A stretch of DNA of 64,000 bases from Macrostomum lignano (taxonomy: Eukaryota): assembly GCA_002269645.1 (NCBI GenBank), contig NIVC01003375.1, forward strand, positions 1 through 64,000, read 5' to 3'. The notes under the pieces are model-generated. The model was not told the origin of the DNA, made no database searches, and was given only the letters and a program-made list of their open reading frames with translations. The stretch's first letter is position 1, and each line of letters begins with the position of its first letter. Below, piece by piece: positions 1 to 11,915 of this stretch. A program made the position numbers and the translations under genes.

Positions 1-1315
1 CATCTATTTCACCTATGAGCCTTGATATTAAAGAATTTTCAAAATGAACTTTGACATTTAGCAATTCAGCAGTACCTTTAAGCTTATAAATATTAGCAGT
101 TCTCCTTTATAAGCCTTAATATCTTAGTAATTCCCCATTAGACTTAAAATTTTAGCAATTCCCACCTTGATATCTTAGCAATTCCACTTGTCAAGCTTGA
201 TATTTCAGCAATTCCCCTTGTTAGTCTTGACATCTTAGCAATTTAGCAACTCCCCTAATCATACTTAGCATTTTAGTAATTTCCTTTATATTAGTCTTAA
301 GTCTTGATATACAAAATAATTCTCCTATTTGCCTTGATATCTTAGAAAATTTCTCCCATAAGCCCTAATTTCTTAGCAATTCACTATTTAACATTTTTGA
401 TGATATTTCTTTTATATGTAATAGGCTTCATCTTTATTTCTTAAAAAAAAGCAGTTTTAAAATTCTACCAAATTTTTATACTGTATAAATATTAGAAATA
501 TTTTCTACTCATATATATTTTTGTATAAATTTGTTCTGAACAATAAGGTCAATTCAAGAATAAAACTATAAATAGGAACAAGCTGCAAGCCAAATTAAAT
601 AAAACCTCAAAGCATATTTCATATCTTTCTCAATTAACTTGTTTTGTTTGAGTTTTAATATTATCAAGAATAAAATTAATCAAGACTGATAACCAGATTT
701 GAACTAACAATGAAAATGTTTAAACTAAAGTGCATTATAATTTTTTTATTTTGAAAATATGATTCTTTCCAACTATATTTTGGAGAAAAAATTGATAACC
801 AACTTTAAGGCAATTGCCTATTTTTATGATCTAATTGTTTTAGCAATAGAGTAATAAATAGAATATAGATATTAGCGTATGAATAACCCCAAAGATTGGG
901 AAAATAAACCATTCAAAATGAGACCCCCTATAGGAAAAAGTTGTAAAACTGTGGACGATGTTCAGTGCAACTACTATTCAACTTATTATCCATCAATTTT
1001 GGAGGTAGGGTAGGTGTCAACCTTCATCGCCTCTCATTGGCTGGCACCCCAATCACTAGGTGATCAATACGCATCTATATAGGCACTTGGTGCGCATGTA
1101 CTGCAGGCGCGTGGCACCAAGCGCCATCTAGCCACAGGCACACCCTCCCAAGCCACAGGCACCCCAAGCCGAAGGTATACTCTCCCAACATAAGTGTATA
1201 CTTTCCCAATATCTAGTCAACAATACATACTCAACAGGCACCCTCTATCTCACGCCCTGCCCTCACCTAGCCTCTCCCCCCTCTCTCACCCACATCTCAA
1301 CTAGCGAAATCAAAC

Positions 1316-1330
1316 CCAGCCTCCGCATCA

Positions 1331-1362
<32 letters not shown>

Positions 1363-1517
1363 TACAGACATATATCCAATATTCACAGCAGGAGCTCCCT
1401 GCCGATGGCGCCATCGCCTATGGCAAGCAGCATTGCAGGATGTGCTGGGTGGCAAATGTGTGTGTATGTGTGTGTGTGTATGTGATGCGGAAGCTGGACT
1501 CGAAGCCAGCTTCTGCA
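1316..1517. repeat. Imperfect inverted repeat with (CA)n/(TG)n arms and central palindrome
   Basis: ccagcctccgcatcacacacatac... (1316) pairs with ...gtgtatgtgatgcggaagctgg (1497); 14-bp palindrome cgatggcgccatcg at 1403-1416; extra hairpin gcggaagctgg/ccagcttctgc at 1487-1517. Confidence 0.6.
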
Positions 1518-2488
1518 TACTTACGTACCTACTTTGTGTACTTACATCAATATTTATGTACATTTGCATACATGTGGTCCTATATACCAGAAATTGTGTA
1601 CATTTATTTGTACAATTATGTCTATACGCTACATTGCATGTAGTTCATTGACCTGCGTTTGTAAATACAGTTTAGCCTGTGCACCGCATTCACGCCTACT
1701 TTTGTGCTAAGATACCTGCTTTTCATTAAATGCACTACACCAAAAGCAAATTTTGTTGATACATACTGTGCTTTTGTATAGGGGCTAGTGTGCTTTTTAA
1801 TACACATGTCTTTAGTGTAATTCAGTGTGCTTCAACTTGGCTCGCAAATCTTGCACTATGGCTCTCTAGGGGAAAGTACTCTGTTACTTGTGTTGGTTGC
1901 GGGTGATTGTAAGGCTTTCTGCTTGACTTCTTTAGTTTACTTGATATTGATAGCTAAAAAAGGAGTAGGAGCTGACGCACCTACCTTGGGGAGGAATGCA
2001 GCCCCGCGGTCCTGGGCAGTGCTTTCTATTATCTCTCTCTATCCACACTGTACTTGGTCTCCACTAGGGATCTCCCTTAGGGTTAAGAGTGGGTGGGCCC
2101 TTTGTACTCAACCCTGGGTTAAAAACTCACATTTGGTGGTTCTAGGAAGGAAGTTACAGTGGAGTTCAACAAATGTCTGATAAGATACTTGTCTCAAAAT
2201 AATAAAAACCTTAATAAGTGCTGGATGCCTTTACTAGTTGACCTCTACAATTGTGCATTAATTAATTCTGTCAATATTTTCCCCTACATTATCCCGTTGG
2301 AAAAGTTATGCACCTGCAGAGGCATAAAAGGTAAACAAGGTGTACAAAAGAGGCACTTTGGTGGCCTATTTTGTGTGTGTTTTGGAAATGCACCTAAGTG
2401 CACCTTTTATGCCTAAATGTCACCAATATTTTTGAAAAGAGGCATGAAAAGTGTAAAATTGGTGAAGTGGTCATTATTATTTTTTGTT

Positions 2489-3820
2489 GTGACGGTTGTA
2501 GCGTGACGGTTGTAGCCTTCAATTTACCCACTCTAACCAACTAGGAAAGATTGAAAACTGCATGTAACACAAACAAAAAAAGACTACTAAAGGTCATTAT
2601 TCAAATTGTACACCAATGTTACGTATTTCAACAGTAATTATAAGTGACTAAAATCATTATTATGGGGGTCATCGTTGGAGCTTCCGATGGAAGGCTGCTG
2701 GACAATGACCCCAGTTGGCTATCCCATCAAGCGACCCCTGGCATCCATCTGGTAAATGGCGCTAATCCAACATTAAAACATGTGTGCAATTTAACTATAA
2801 AATGAGTTAGAAAATGCATTTGAATTAGAAAATGGTAAATGCTGCATGATGTCTGACAGTGCATAATAAATGCAGTCCTGCTTCTTTGGCCAGTGGTAGG
2901 TGTTTGGCCCGCACTCAGCCATGACACTGACCTTGGCCTCTGGCTCGCCATTCTTTGTGCAGACTTTCACTACCTGGCCAGCGTACAGCTTCCCGTCGTA
3001 AGTGACAGCCACCCATTGGCCTTTGGCTAGCTGGCTGGCACTGCTGGCGTCTTCCATCACACCAGTGACACCACCAGAAGGCTGGTCACCATCAGGCCAG
3101 ACAAGCTGCACAATAGACACGCCAATGGTAGACAGGGTGGCAGAGCAGTCCACTCCGTCAGGCTTGGCTGCCCAATAGTGTAGGCGCATGATGCCGACAG
3201 TCTGGTAAAAAAGGGGTTGGTTTATGGAATTCAAAATGTACGCTTGAACATATTTTTTTCTCTAAAGCCTGTTGTTGCTTAATTACTTTAAGTAAACTGT
3301 GTTGTTTTTAAAAGTATTTTTGCCTTCTGTCTTAACTTTTTTACTTACACTTCTGAAACCGAATGCATGCCTGGCGGTTCTGATCCCTCACCTGCGTTGG
3401 TGATTGCAAAGCTCGGCGCCGCTCACTCCTCAGCCGCTCTTTTTCTCGAAGGACAGCTGCATGTCTTATGCGATAGTCCTTGCTACGCTGTGAGGAAGGC
3501 TTCATTGTGAATTGCTGCAAAACTGAATATATGGTACATTGAAAGTTTAATAATGCCTTTAACTTGATTTCAATTTGTAAAAGAAGATGATATGAAAGTA
3601 TACCAGATGGTATACCATAGAGTGTCATTAGATACAAAATTCCTGTGACGGTCGTAGCTAACTTTGCAGACTTTTTTCTACTAGCCCTTAAGACTTATGT
3701 GAACCAAATTTTACCAAATAAAAGTACACATGAAAGACCAGTTTTTAGTGCATTTTTACAATAGTAGGTCTTACAGGAAAGCCAAGAAAAAACTTTTTAG
3801 ATTTTTTGTGACGGTCGTAG
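2489..3820 (-). mobile_element. Probable decayed DNA-transposon-derived segment
   Basis: Minus-strand ORF pieces: a basic Arg-rich N-terminus-like piece (3341-3637) and a WVAVTYD..YAGQV...V..M......WP...D...Y motif (2791-3234) of a type I associate with invertebrate transposon ORFs. The GTAAGT donor at 3348 and acceptor at 3202 join out of frame. Motif GTGACGGTYGTAG occurs at 2489, 2503, 3645, 3808. Confidence 0.35.
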
Positions 3821-6339
3821 TTGTACTACAGTTTTTAAACTTTGAAGTCCAATATTCATTGTCTTATGAACTTTACATTAAAAAGAAAGATTGCAATAAG
3901 CTGCAAAAGACACACTTAACGTATAGAAAAAAAAGTATGGCTCAATGAAATACCAAACAGCCAGGGAATGAAATTATATTTGTTATAAGAAAAGCATTAG
4001 GCCTATATTTAGGTCCGGGTGAAGGGTATGCACATTGGGAGCAAAAAATCAAATGAAAAAAGATAGCAGATTAAAAAAAAATAAAAAGGACAAAAATATA
4101 TATGTTTAACTATATTATAAACATAAAGTTGTCATTATTCAACAATTTTTTAATTTTTGTCCTAGTGCCCTACTAGTGGTGACCCATTCGTGGAATTGCC
4201 CTAGAAATGAATATAGAGTCTTTTTGATACAATTTTTATCAGAATCAAAGTTTAGTCAAAAAGTTTTCTGAAATTTTTTAGTTATACCATATCAGAAATT
4301 TTTCTGATTTAAAGATCTGCAAGCTTCAATTAAACCTAATAATCCATTTAAAAGAATAAATTATTAGATAGATACCTACTAACCTACCTAGATAGATAGA
4401 TAAAGACAAACCATTTGTAGTATAATGGATTATAATTGCTTTTTTAATGAGTTAAATATAACATAATAATTTGTATTAGGCCTAAGCATAGTTTTTTTAG
4501 AAATAATTTCTATAGCAAAAATTATAAAAATAGATATATCTTTAATGACTTTATCTTGCAAACTGAAACCATGCAAATGTGGTATCAAACATTTCCAGCG
4601 ACATTACAAGTTCAAATTGCAGCTCTGGGATATCCTGAGGAAGGCCAGCTTTCTGTTAGTACTTAAACTAGGCCCTAGTCTGCCTCTCCTCTCCATGTGG
4701 GACTTTTTAAAATGCTATATAACGGATGACGAATAAGTTGACTAATTTAAGCAAAGATTGTTCTGAGCAGTTTGCAAGTCGCTATTATGATGTAGCTCGA
4801 TATAACAAAATGAATGAATCGAGAAGTGCAGATTATGCCTGTAAAGTTTTTTGGCGTAATAATTTTATTTACCTAAAAATACTTTATACATAACAATTAC
4901 AAAAAGCTAGACATCTAGACAAATAGCTAGACAACTGGACAGTAAGCTGGAAATTCGGACGAAAGCTAGGCGAATTAGCCCCCGATCGTGGGTTCGCCCA
5001 AACCTATGCTTACAAGTATTTCTGAAATAAAAAATTAAAAGAATTGGAAAACTAAGGGTAGTCATAGGGAGGGTTGGTCTGGATAAGAAATAAGAATTCG
5101 TCAGGTTCATAAATTTTCATGCATGACACACTATATGTACAACAAATGTTCGAATATGGTGCAGATATTCAGGTAACCAAGGTAAACTAATATTTTCGGG
5201 TTATTTTCGCATTTCAGATATTTAACTAATAAATGAACTGTGTTGAAATCAAACCTACCCAAAATTCATATATCTCCACATCGACGCTACGTAAAACATG
5301 ATCGATGAACTTCTCTTTTTGTCTGCACTTGCATCAACTGCAACCCCCATTTTAAACTTCGAATAGGTTTTGAGCTACTTACCAGTGTTATAGAGAACAC
5401 AATCAATAGTGCAAATAGTATATAGATCGCGGTTTTTTTAGGATGTGAAGTAAAGATGCGAAACCTTAGAAGCTAATTTTAGAGTGCTATTCGATGGGCA
5501 GTCATCATAAAGTACTGCCTATAGCTTGCTCGGCACATGTACATGTATACTTAACATACTATTACTATATATATATAGCGAACAAATTTGTCCACACACA
5601 CAGACACACAGAGTTTTGATTTTTATATGTAGAGATATATACTATATTACTGAAGATTGAAAAAACAACACTTGCTAGTTAAAACTCTGATAGTAGGATA
5701 ATTTACTTCATGCAATAGCCACTGTAAAATGTACACAGTACGCACATGTACATGTATATGGTACTAGCTACAATTTAATACACATGTGTATGTACATGTA
5801 CACATACATGCGTGTGGTGATATAGCTACATTGTACACATGTTAAACATACATGTAACTGGGAATTTTATTTTTATTTAATATATCTGAGAGCTATAGGC
5901 CGGCCTCTGTCAATAAAAGCACTTTCACAAGTTGTTCATAAATTGAGACAGAAAAGCAGCTTATATACATGCAGCTTAACTAAACCCGCATAGATTGGCA
6001 TCGGCATGAGGAGTGGAATTGTCTGGAAAATGTCCCCCCCTCCCCCACAGAACAATGGGGCTCAATTGGGAACTATTTGCAGCTGTTGCATGCATGGGAA
6101 AGTTTCAGCAACCCGTTCTGACTAGTTTAGTCCTGTCTGACAGGTGTTAAAGCAGCAGGTACATCTACATCAAATGCATGCTGGAATTCCAATCGCGCAT
6201 AAGAAATTGGGTGAGAGACGCAAGGTTTGCGAAGAATATATTGACTTAAAAATTGGGAAGGCGCCTGGATGAAAATTTTCTGCTCCACTTCAACGGGAGA
6301 AACAAGTCCAACTTTTCATCAGCTAAAACTAGTTCTGAA

Positions 6340-8133
6340 ATGGCTTTGAAAGACGGCACGGATGAAAAGAAACCGGCATCGAAGTCGATTATCGATGTCA
6401 TCTGCGCGTCGGCAGCAGAGACAAGCACCCACGGCCTGTCCCGCCTGGTCGGCAACCGGCCAGTCTACGTGAAGCTCACCTGGCTAGTGCTGTTCCTGGC
6501 CATGGCTACCATCTTCAGCTTGCAGGCTCGCGGCTTCATCTTAAAGCTGCTGCAGCTGCCTGAGACCACAACTATACAGGAGGACTCCATCGGCATGGTG
6601 TTTCCAGACTTGTACATCTGCCCACAGCCAATTATATCTGGGAGCTACGGAAACTTCATAGACAATGCCACCGCTCTGCTGGTGAACAGCTATATCGACG
6701 GGATTGCCAGGACTTTCAATTTTACCCCGAAAAACGACGGAGATGCGGAAACTTTCATTCGCATACTGTTGAGCACCATGCCATACAAACTGCTCAGCGA
6801 TACGTTCGGACACCAGGCTCAGCAGACTCTGTACAATGACATCTTCTCAGATGAAGTTGAGCAGGAGGTTTCCATTAACAAGACAGGTTCGTTGATCAGG
6901 TTCCACAGCCCGGCCCTTCTGAATTGCATTTTCATCAACCTAACGAAAGAGCGTCGCAATTTCATGAAAGACTCATGGAATTTCTTCACCCTCTACCTGT
7001 TCTATGACTCGGCTATTAACGGGACCTACCCTACAAATGAGCTGCTGAAATCCGTGCCATACGCGAACATATCGGGCGGTGTGAAGTTCCCAATCTGGGA
7101 CATTCAGAGCGGCATGGCTTACAGAAGCGGCGCCTCAATGCGGTTAAGCTTAGTGGCGCCGGGTCACTATCCCACTGACAACGCGGCTCATATTTACCTG
7201 GAGCCTGGCAGAGACTACCAAGTGCTAACAGACATGAGTTTGGAAATCATGAAAGACGGGATTCCCTGCACTGAAAAGCCGCCCAAAGTCTCTGTGATAG
7301 ACCCGTACAGCATGCAGGCGGACCTCTACGAATACAACGACGACTTCTGTTGGATCGAGTTTAAGGAGCGCCTGCGCTTTCGGAATGCCTCCTGCATCGA
7401 CAACGCTGCCCCCTGGCTGGCGGAGTTCAGCAACCTTAGCCGCTGCTTTGACGCCTCAGAGTACCTTGGACGCGGTGCCTCCTCGGAAAAGCGAGCTGCC
7501 TTCCTTCAGACCAGTCGAGCAATGCGCGGTGGAAATTTCCCCTACGACCTCAACCACGTCCAGTCCGTGTGCAACCGGCGCAGGCCCTGCTCGAAGCTGA
7601 TTTACAACGCCAGGGCCTACTCTAGCAAGTGGCCGACTTTCAATGGAATCCAGGATACGGTGCTTCACCGGATCTTCCTCCGCATTGCTCAGGAGAAAAT
7701 GCTCGCGATGCGCGATCTGCCGTTTCCAGCATACACCATTCTGGCCGCGATGTTCACCGCGATCGAATCGAACGTCACAGCGGCCGGCAAGGCCATGCTG
7801 GAATCCTACGCCTCTCGGGTCATCACTAAGGTGACAATTCGCACCGGAAAGATCATGGGCCCTACTGTGATCATGTCTCGATCATACTCTTTCTTAGAAT
7901 TTGTGTCCGACGTTGGCGGAATCCTGGGACTGTTCCTCGGCTGTTCACTGCTGACGCTGTTCGAACTGCTTGAGCTGCTGTACAACCTCATCGACATTGG
8001 ACTTCGAGGCTCTTGCGCCGCCAGAACTGCTGATCAAAGGCAGGAGACATGGTCTACGACAACATCGGTTGGTAGTCTGGCTGCTGATAGCATCGGCCAG
8101 GACTGCAGCAGCTCTGCAGACAGCAAGGTGTAG
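6340..8133 (+). CDS. DEG/ENaC (amiloride-sensitive sodium channel / ASIC-like) subunit, single exon, 597 aa
   Basis: Pre-TM1 STHG motif, TM1 (LTWLVLFLAMATIFSL), FPDLYICP, Cys-containing thumb region, TM2 FVSDVGGILGLFLGCSLLTLFELLE with GxS filter. First ATG at 6340; the ORF track starts at an upstream TTG. Confidence 0.93.
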   Translation: MALKDGTDEKKPASKSIIDVICASAAETSTHGLSRLVGNRPVYVKLTWLVLFLAMATIFSLQARGFILKLLQLPETTTIQEDSIGMVFPDLYICPQPIISGSYGNFIDNATALLVNSYIDGIARTFNFTPKNDGDAETFIRILLSTMPYKLLSDTFGHQAQQTLYNDIFSDEVEQEVSINKTGSLIRFHSPALLNCIFINLTKERRNFMKDSWNFFTLYLFYDSAINGTYPTNELLKSVPYANISGGVKFPIWDIQSGMAYRSGASMRLSLVAPGHYPTDNAAHIYLEPGRDYQVLTDMSLEIMKDGIPCTEKPPKVSVIDPYSMQADLYEYNDDFCWIEFKERLRFRNASCIDNAAPWLAEFSNLSRCFDASEYLGRGASSEKRAAFLQTSRAMRGGNFPYDLNHVQSVCNRRRPCSKLIYNARAYSSKWPTFNGIQDTVLHRIFLRIAQEKMLAMRDLPFPAYTILAAMFTAIESNVTAAGKAMLESYASRVITKVTIRTGKIMGPTVIMSRSYSFLEFVSDVGGILGLFLGCSLLTLFELLELLYNLIDIGLRGSCAARTADQRQETWSTTTSVGSLAADSIGQDCSSSADSKV

Positions 8134-8679
8134 AGCCCCGAGTAGGGAACCCAGAGCCGGAAATCAGAAATTTTATTGACTGAACTAATTCTGATTGCTT
8201 ATTGCACTTTATTTCAGTTTACTGTGCAATTCCACGCAAAATTTGTCGCACTATAGCTATAGAAACCACAGAATACTACTTTTAGTAAGAGAAAGCAGAT
8301 GTGAACTAACAAACCAAGATAAAAATTCTTCGAGGCAGGAGCTTTTAGTATGACTGGGTTTCTGTTGATCGGCTTTGACTAACTGCTACAAAAATTTTGA
8401 CATTTTTTGCAGAGTAACAAATGTATTTGCGTATAATATGTACAGGAAGCGAAATGGATCACATGACAACAGCTAAAAAAGTGGGAAAGATTAGGTAATT
8501 ATTCACTTACTGAGGACACAATGTGGGAATACGGAAACGAGAGCCTTTATAAATCAGTGTTATTAAAGTTTTAGCTCTACGTCATTAGTCAGTCCTTTAC
8601 ATACCATACTAATTATTTATTCTTTCTACGTGTATATTAGTGGCAGTTTGTGAAACAGATGCCCAGCTCAAGCGAGAAG

Positions 8680-9916
8680 TCAGCTGTCTTCTGCTTCCTC
8701 CTCGTCCGCACTGCTACTGGCATCGTCCCCGGTGTTCTGAACATTCTTGAAGAACTCTGGATCTATCCTAGCCAGCTTCTCGAGCCAGTCGGCCTTCGAC
8801 AAAGTGTAGGAGCCTCGCAAGAAGCCCTCAGTCTGAGTGGCGTCAACCACGGTCAGACCGCAGCTGGATTTGGTCTCGCCCAGGTTTGTGTAGAATCGCT
8901 CTAGCTTAGTCGGCAGAGGTGTTCGCTGGCGCCGCCTGCCTCCAGGAGCTGCTGCAGAAGTTGACGCAGCAGGCGCCTTTGCGACTGTGGTGGCAGCAGC
9001 GAAGGTCTTCGATCGCTCCACGTAACGCGGAGTTGAACCGCTTGGTTTTTGCGGCTGTTGCAACCGGTTTGCTGTCAGGGGTTTTGGCCTGTCTACCGTC
9101 TCGGGAGCTTGCAGTCCTGCTGCGGAATTCTGGGGCGGCAGCGGCTGCTGCCTCTCCTGAGCCTTCCTCGGTGCCCTCTTTCGAGTCGGCGGGCCTAAAA
9201 ATCTGATGAAATGAAAATATTTTATCAGTCTTACGACATTGCGAGATATTGCGGGGTATTGCGAGACTACCTAAGTCTCTAGTGTCTCGAGTCTCGAGTG
9301 TCTAAGGAACGAGTGTCGGAGTAACAAAACATCTTAGTGATCATCCAGTTCGGAGCTTCTACTCTGAATGGGGGCTAGGATTTGACGCAGCCCATTTTAG
9401 CTGTGCAGTAGCCGTGACCGACCCTGCTTGTATAACTTGGAGCGCTGGCCGCGAATGCGCTGACCCACGGGCATAACGATCCCCGTTACAGCTTAGCTCA
9501 GAGAAGTAGTCTTGAGCCTCACTTGACAGACAGGGGCTCCTCATCCGATGAGCAGCGTCGAATCGACTTCAGCAGCCGGGAGGTGTTGAGGCGCTCGTTC
9601 TCCCAGTCAGCCATGGCGGTCACGTGCTGCCGATGGAGGCTGCCCTGCTGCAGCTGGTACGCCTGCTCGAGCCGGCTATTCACCGTTAGAAAATTTTTGC
9701 CGGGCATTTTGTGTGCTACCAGCTGACAGAACGAATTTTGGTATTGTTGTAGTGCAAAACTAAGTGTGGCGTGATGCGATCCGAGCGTATATACCGGCAA
9801 GAGGGTAGCACACGCAGCCACCGCCTGGGCCCAGATGCCAACAGTGTCAATTCTTTGCTGCTTAGTCTCTTTCACACAATGGATAGCGGCAATTAAGGCG
9901 AGACAAGCCCTGCCCA
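8680..9916 (-). CDS. Uncharacterised protein, at least two exons (~9523-9916 and 8680-9202); 5' end unresolved
   Basis: Donor AA|GTGAGG at 9522 and acceptor ttcatttcatcag|A at 9203 join the 9519-9947 ORF to the open frame ending at 8680 (…SVK-FLGPPTRKR…). No family recognised. Confidence 0.4.
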
Positions 9917-10276
9917 CTATGTAATATAACAGAAACAAAAATAGCAATTGAAACTCAAAGAGGGCCGCCCCCGCTGCGCTCGAGTGTGCTATAAAGGCTA
10001 CAAGACATTGTTAGCTATTGAAATTGTGTGTTTGCTCCATAAAACCTCCCAGAGTGATTTGCTCGGTCGCACGTAGCTGCTGCAGCGGCCCAGCTTATCT
10101 CTACAAATAGGCTCTTGCAGTTTGGCAGCAACTCCCGCTGAGGCAGGTCTGCGGAGACGCCCGATGCAGCGCGCATTTCGTTTTGAGAATGCAAAAAGGT
10201 CACACAAAAATAAGCTTGAGTAAAAGGCTGATGGGGCAAATCTGGATCCAACCAAAACCCGTTATTTTAAAGAGGG

Positions 10277-11490
10277 CCAATACTTGTAGAGTATGTGAAG
10301 GTTGACCAATGCTTGTAGACAGTGTGCAGGGTGACCAATGCTTGTAGAGGGTATGAAGGTTGACCAATGCTTGTAGACGGTGTGCAGGGTGACCAATGCT
10401 TGTAGACAGTGTGCAGCTGGGTGACCAATGCTTGTAGACGGTGTGCAGGGTGACCAATGCTTGTAGACGGTGTGCAGGGTTACCAATGCTTGTAGACGGT
10501 GTGCAGGGTGACCAATGCTTGTAGACAGTGTGCAGGGTGATCAATGCTTGTAGACAGTGTGCAGGGTGACCAATGCTTGTAGACGGTGTGCAGGGTGACC
10601 AATGCTTGTAGACAGTGTGCAGCTGGGTGACCAATGCTTGTAGACAGTGTGCAGGGTGACCAATGCTTGTAGACAGTGTGCAGGGTGACCAATGCTTGTA
10701 GACGGTGTGCACGGTGACCAATGCTTGTAGACGGTGTGCAGGGTGACCAGTGCTTGTAGACGGTGTGTAGGGTGACCAATGCTTGTAGACGGTGTGCAGG
10801 GTGACCAATGCTTGTAGACGGTGTGCAAGGTGACCAATGCTTGTAGACGGCGTGCAGGGTGACCAATGCTTGTAGACAGTGTGCAGCTGGTGACCAATGC
10901 TTGTAGACAGTGTGCAGGGTGACCAATGCTTGTAGACAGTGTGCAGGGTGACCAATGCTTGTAGACGGCGTGCAGGGTGACCAATGCTTGTAGACAGTGT
11001 GCAGGGTGACCAATGCTTGTAGACAGTGTGCAGGGTGACCAATGCTTGTAGACAGTGTGCAGGGTGACCAATGCTTGTAGACGGTGTGCAGGGTGACCAA
11101 TGCTTGTAGACAGTGTGCAGCTGGGTGACCAATGCTTGTAGACAGTGTGCAGGGTGACCAATGCTTGTAGACAGTGTGCAGGGTGACCAATGCTTGTAGA
11201 CGGTGTGCACGGTGACCAATGCTTGTAGACGGTGTGCAGGGTGACCAGTGCTTGTAGACGGTGTGTAGGGTGACCAATGCTTGTAGACGGTGTGCAGGGT
11301 GACCAATGCTTGTAGACGGTGTGCAAGGTGACCAATGCTTGTAGACGGTGTGCAGGGTGACCAATGCTTGTAGACAGTGTGCAGGGTGACCAATGCTTGT
11401 AGACAGTGTGCAGGGTGACCAATGCTTGTAGACGGCGTGCAGGGTGACCAATGCTTGTAGACAGTGTGCAGGGTGACCAATGCTTGTAGA
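10277..11490. repeat. 29-bp minisatellite (ccaatgcttgtagacagtgtgcagggtga) with ~498-bp higher-order duplication
   Basis: Direct reading; variant units recur in the same order at a 498-bp offset (10621/11119, 10711/11209). Confidence 0.95.
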
Positions 11491-11689
11491 GTGTTTACCA
11501 GACTGCAATTCGTGCAGTGCATTGTTGGATCCTTTTCCATCACACGCAGGCGCTTCTGAAACGCATTGAGCTGGCTATGGTTCCGTCTGGACTAGTTTAT
11601 ACCCATTAAATAGTTAATATTGAGCAGCCAGTCTTTACATTCATTGCGCTTGTACCAACAATATAAATTTAAATAAATTTTCGCAGGAC

Positions 11690-11915
11690 TGCGGGCTCCC
11701 TGGCGCAACGCATTCGGTAACACCGTCCCACAACCAGCGGTGAGGCGATCTTGCCGATCCCACTGACTCCTGAGCACATACAAAGCGTACCAACTTTACG
11801 CAGGCACAGCACTCATGCACACGCTCACACAGGGTGCACAGCGGCCCTGACTTTCTAATCGTTAAACATGTACACTCTGTACCTTGGGGCTTGACCCTCA
11901 GAAGTGTGAATCGCA
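11690..11915 (-). mobile_element. tRNA-derived SINE, diverged partial (3') copy
   Basis: Shares ...cacagcggccctgactttctaatcgtt...catgtacact...ccttgggg...ccctca with the copies at 14281 and 32893. Confidence 0.6.

Noticed and set aside
10277-11490. CRISPR-like regular repeat array (also 39703-40600, 44503-45657)
   Set aside because: Head-to-tail units without unique spacers, no cas genes, eukaryotic context
10200-11543. Long ORFs (447, 342, 293 aa) on the minus strand
   Set aside because: Translations of the 29-bp minisatellite; the unit is not a multiple of 3 and the same peptide appears in all frames
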